A stretch of 64,000 bases of DNA from an uncultured Hormoscilla sp. (lineage in GTDB: Bacteria; Cyanobacteriota; Cyanobacteriia; Cyanobacteriales; Desertifilaceae), in NCBI GenBank assembly GCA_963921275.4, contig OZ001293.3, positions 4,160,001 to 4,224,000 of the forward strand, read 5' to 3'. The notes beneath the pieces were generated by a model. The model was given only the letters and a program-made list of their open reading frames with translations. It had not been told where the DNA came from and made no database searches. Below are positions 63,001 through 64,000 of this stretch, in pieces. The stretch's first letter is position 1. Every line of letters starts with the position of its first letter. A program made the position numbers and the translations under genes.

Positions 63001-64000
63001 AGCAACGGATATGGCTGGAGGCCGGGTAGAAGATGAATTTAATATTACGGTATCGATTCCTCCTCTCAATGCAAGTGATTACGCCGCCCTTCAGGCTCTC
63101 TATAACAGTACTTCTGGGGATAATTGGACTCACAGGAGAGGCTGGGATGTCAGCAGCCCAACTCCCCCCTCTGCTAGTGTTGTTAATAGCTGGCATGGGG
63201 TGACGGTAGTGGGCTCACGGGTGACGAAACTCGACCTGGACTCCAACTCCCTGAGCGGTACGCTCCCCTCGGAGTTAGGCTCCCTCAGCAATTTGCAAGA
63301 GCTCTGGCTGGGCGCCAACTCCCTGAGCGGTACGATCCCGTCCGAGTTAGGTTCCCTCAGCAATTTGCAAGAGCTCTGGCTGGGCGCCAACTCCCTGAGC
63401 GGTACGATCCCCTCGGAGTTAGGCTCCCTCAGCAATTTGCGATCCCTCGGCCTGGGCGCCAACTCCCTGAGCGGTACGATCCCCTCGGAGTTAGGCTCCC
63501 TCAGCAATTTGCAAGTACTCAACCTGCTCAGAAACTTCCTGAGCGGTACGATCCCCTCGGAGTTAGGCTCCCTCAGCAATTTGCGATCCCTCGGCCTGTA
63601 CTTCAACTCCCTGAGCGGTACGCTCCCCTCGGAGTTAGGCTCCCTCAGCAATTTGCAACGCCTCAACCTGTACAACAACTCCCTGAGCGGTACGATCCCC
63701 AACAGTATCAACGCTTTGTCAGCAGACAAAAAATTGGAAAACCCTCCCTATGTGGAAATTCAAATTCCCGACGTCAATGCCTTCAGTAGTGAGAAATTCA
63801 ACTTCAATGTCAGCGGGAACTTCGGCGACCTCAACAACAACATTAGTAGCTACGGCGCTAATGGTTTGCCAGACGGTTTAACAATTAACTCCACTACTGG
63901 GGTGATCAGCGGCATTCCTACTACTGAGGGCAGTTTTACCGTGACGGTAACAGCAACGGATAGGGCGGGAGGGCGGGAGGCCGGGGAGAAGATGAATTTA
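60070..64000 (+). pseudogene. Large DUF4347-[cap-LRR-Ig]x3 protein, interrupted by an antisense intron and frameshifted at 63963-63978; continues past the window
   Basis: LHLLSHGSPGCLYLGNSQLS|LDPL...LYGCNVAAG...GGNWKLE (DUF4347). Hand translation of 61178-63962 is open, with 6+4+7 LRRs (LxxLxLxxNxLxGxIPxELGxL) and three Ig-like units (GLP.G.TINS..GVISGTPT..FTVTVTATD). Confidence 0.88.
60306..61176 (-). mobile_element. ORF-less group II intron (871 nt), antisense within the DUF4347 domain
   Basis: Minus strand GTGCGATTCG...AGCCGGATGCGGTGAAAATCGCAAGTCCGGTTCC (DV)...CTCGACCCCATCC. Removing it restores the AGT TT|A GAT frame. Confidence 0.93.

Noticed and set aside
61608..63700. DGR-type adenine mutagenesis of the LRRs (many variable codons are NNC)
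   Set aside because: Exceptions occur (TGG, AGG, GAG, TCA, AGA, ATA), scaffold adenines are essentially unchanged, no TR/avd is seen, and the only RT is a group II intron IEP. Not supported from this window.
61483..63729. Minus-strand repetitive ORFs
   Set aside because: Antisense shadows of the plus-strand LRR gene.

Overview
Filamentous-type cyanobacterial chromosome segment (dense HIP1 GCGATCGC octamers, phycobilisome-related genes, rpmH-rnpA-yidC-jag-ycf46 block, lepA, metG, ugd, TRAP, pstS). It shows strong genome erosion: many genes carry single nonsense codons or frameshifts, and IS982, IS5, IS4-like and ISKra4-like elements or remnants are present. Four features stand out. (1) A family of ORF-less group II introns: three full-length copies of 871-997 nt and two fragments. 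Each full copy has a different EBS1 loop that pairs with its own insertion site: sense in chrA, inside an IS982 copy whose empty allele is also in the window, and antisense in a giant LRR gene. One broken RT-encoding intron is also present. (2) A family of very small (about 42 nt) palindromic elements sharing a GCGCTAsTCGCACTACC core. They insert in frame into proteins (MetG, RnpA, a hydrolase, a sensor) and nest inside each other at the same site. (3) A large DUF4347-[cap-LRR-Ig]n protein whose 17 plant-type LRRs have near-identical scaffold DNA but hypervariable concave-face codons. (4) A 323-aa intein next to the catalytic YxxxK motif of a UDP-glucuronate decarboxylase. No rRNA, tRNA or CRISPR array was recognised. 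Family assignments come from motif recognition by eye, not from database searches.
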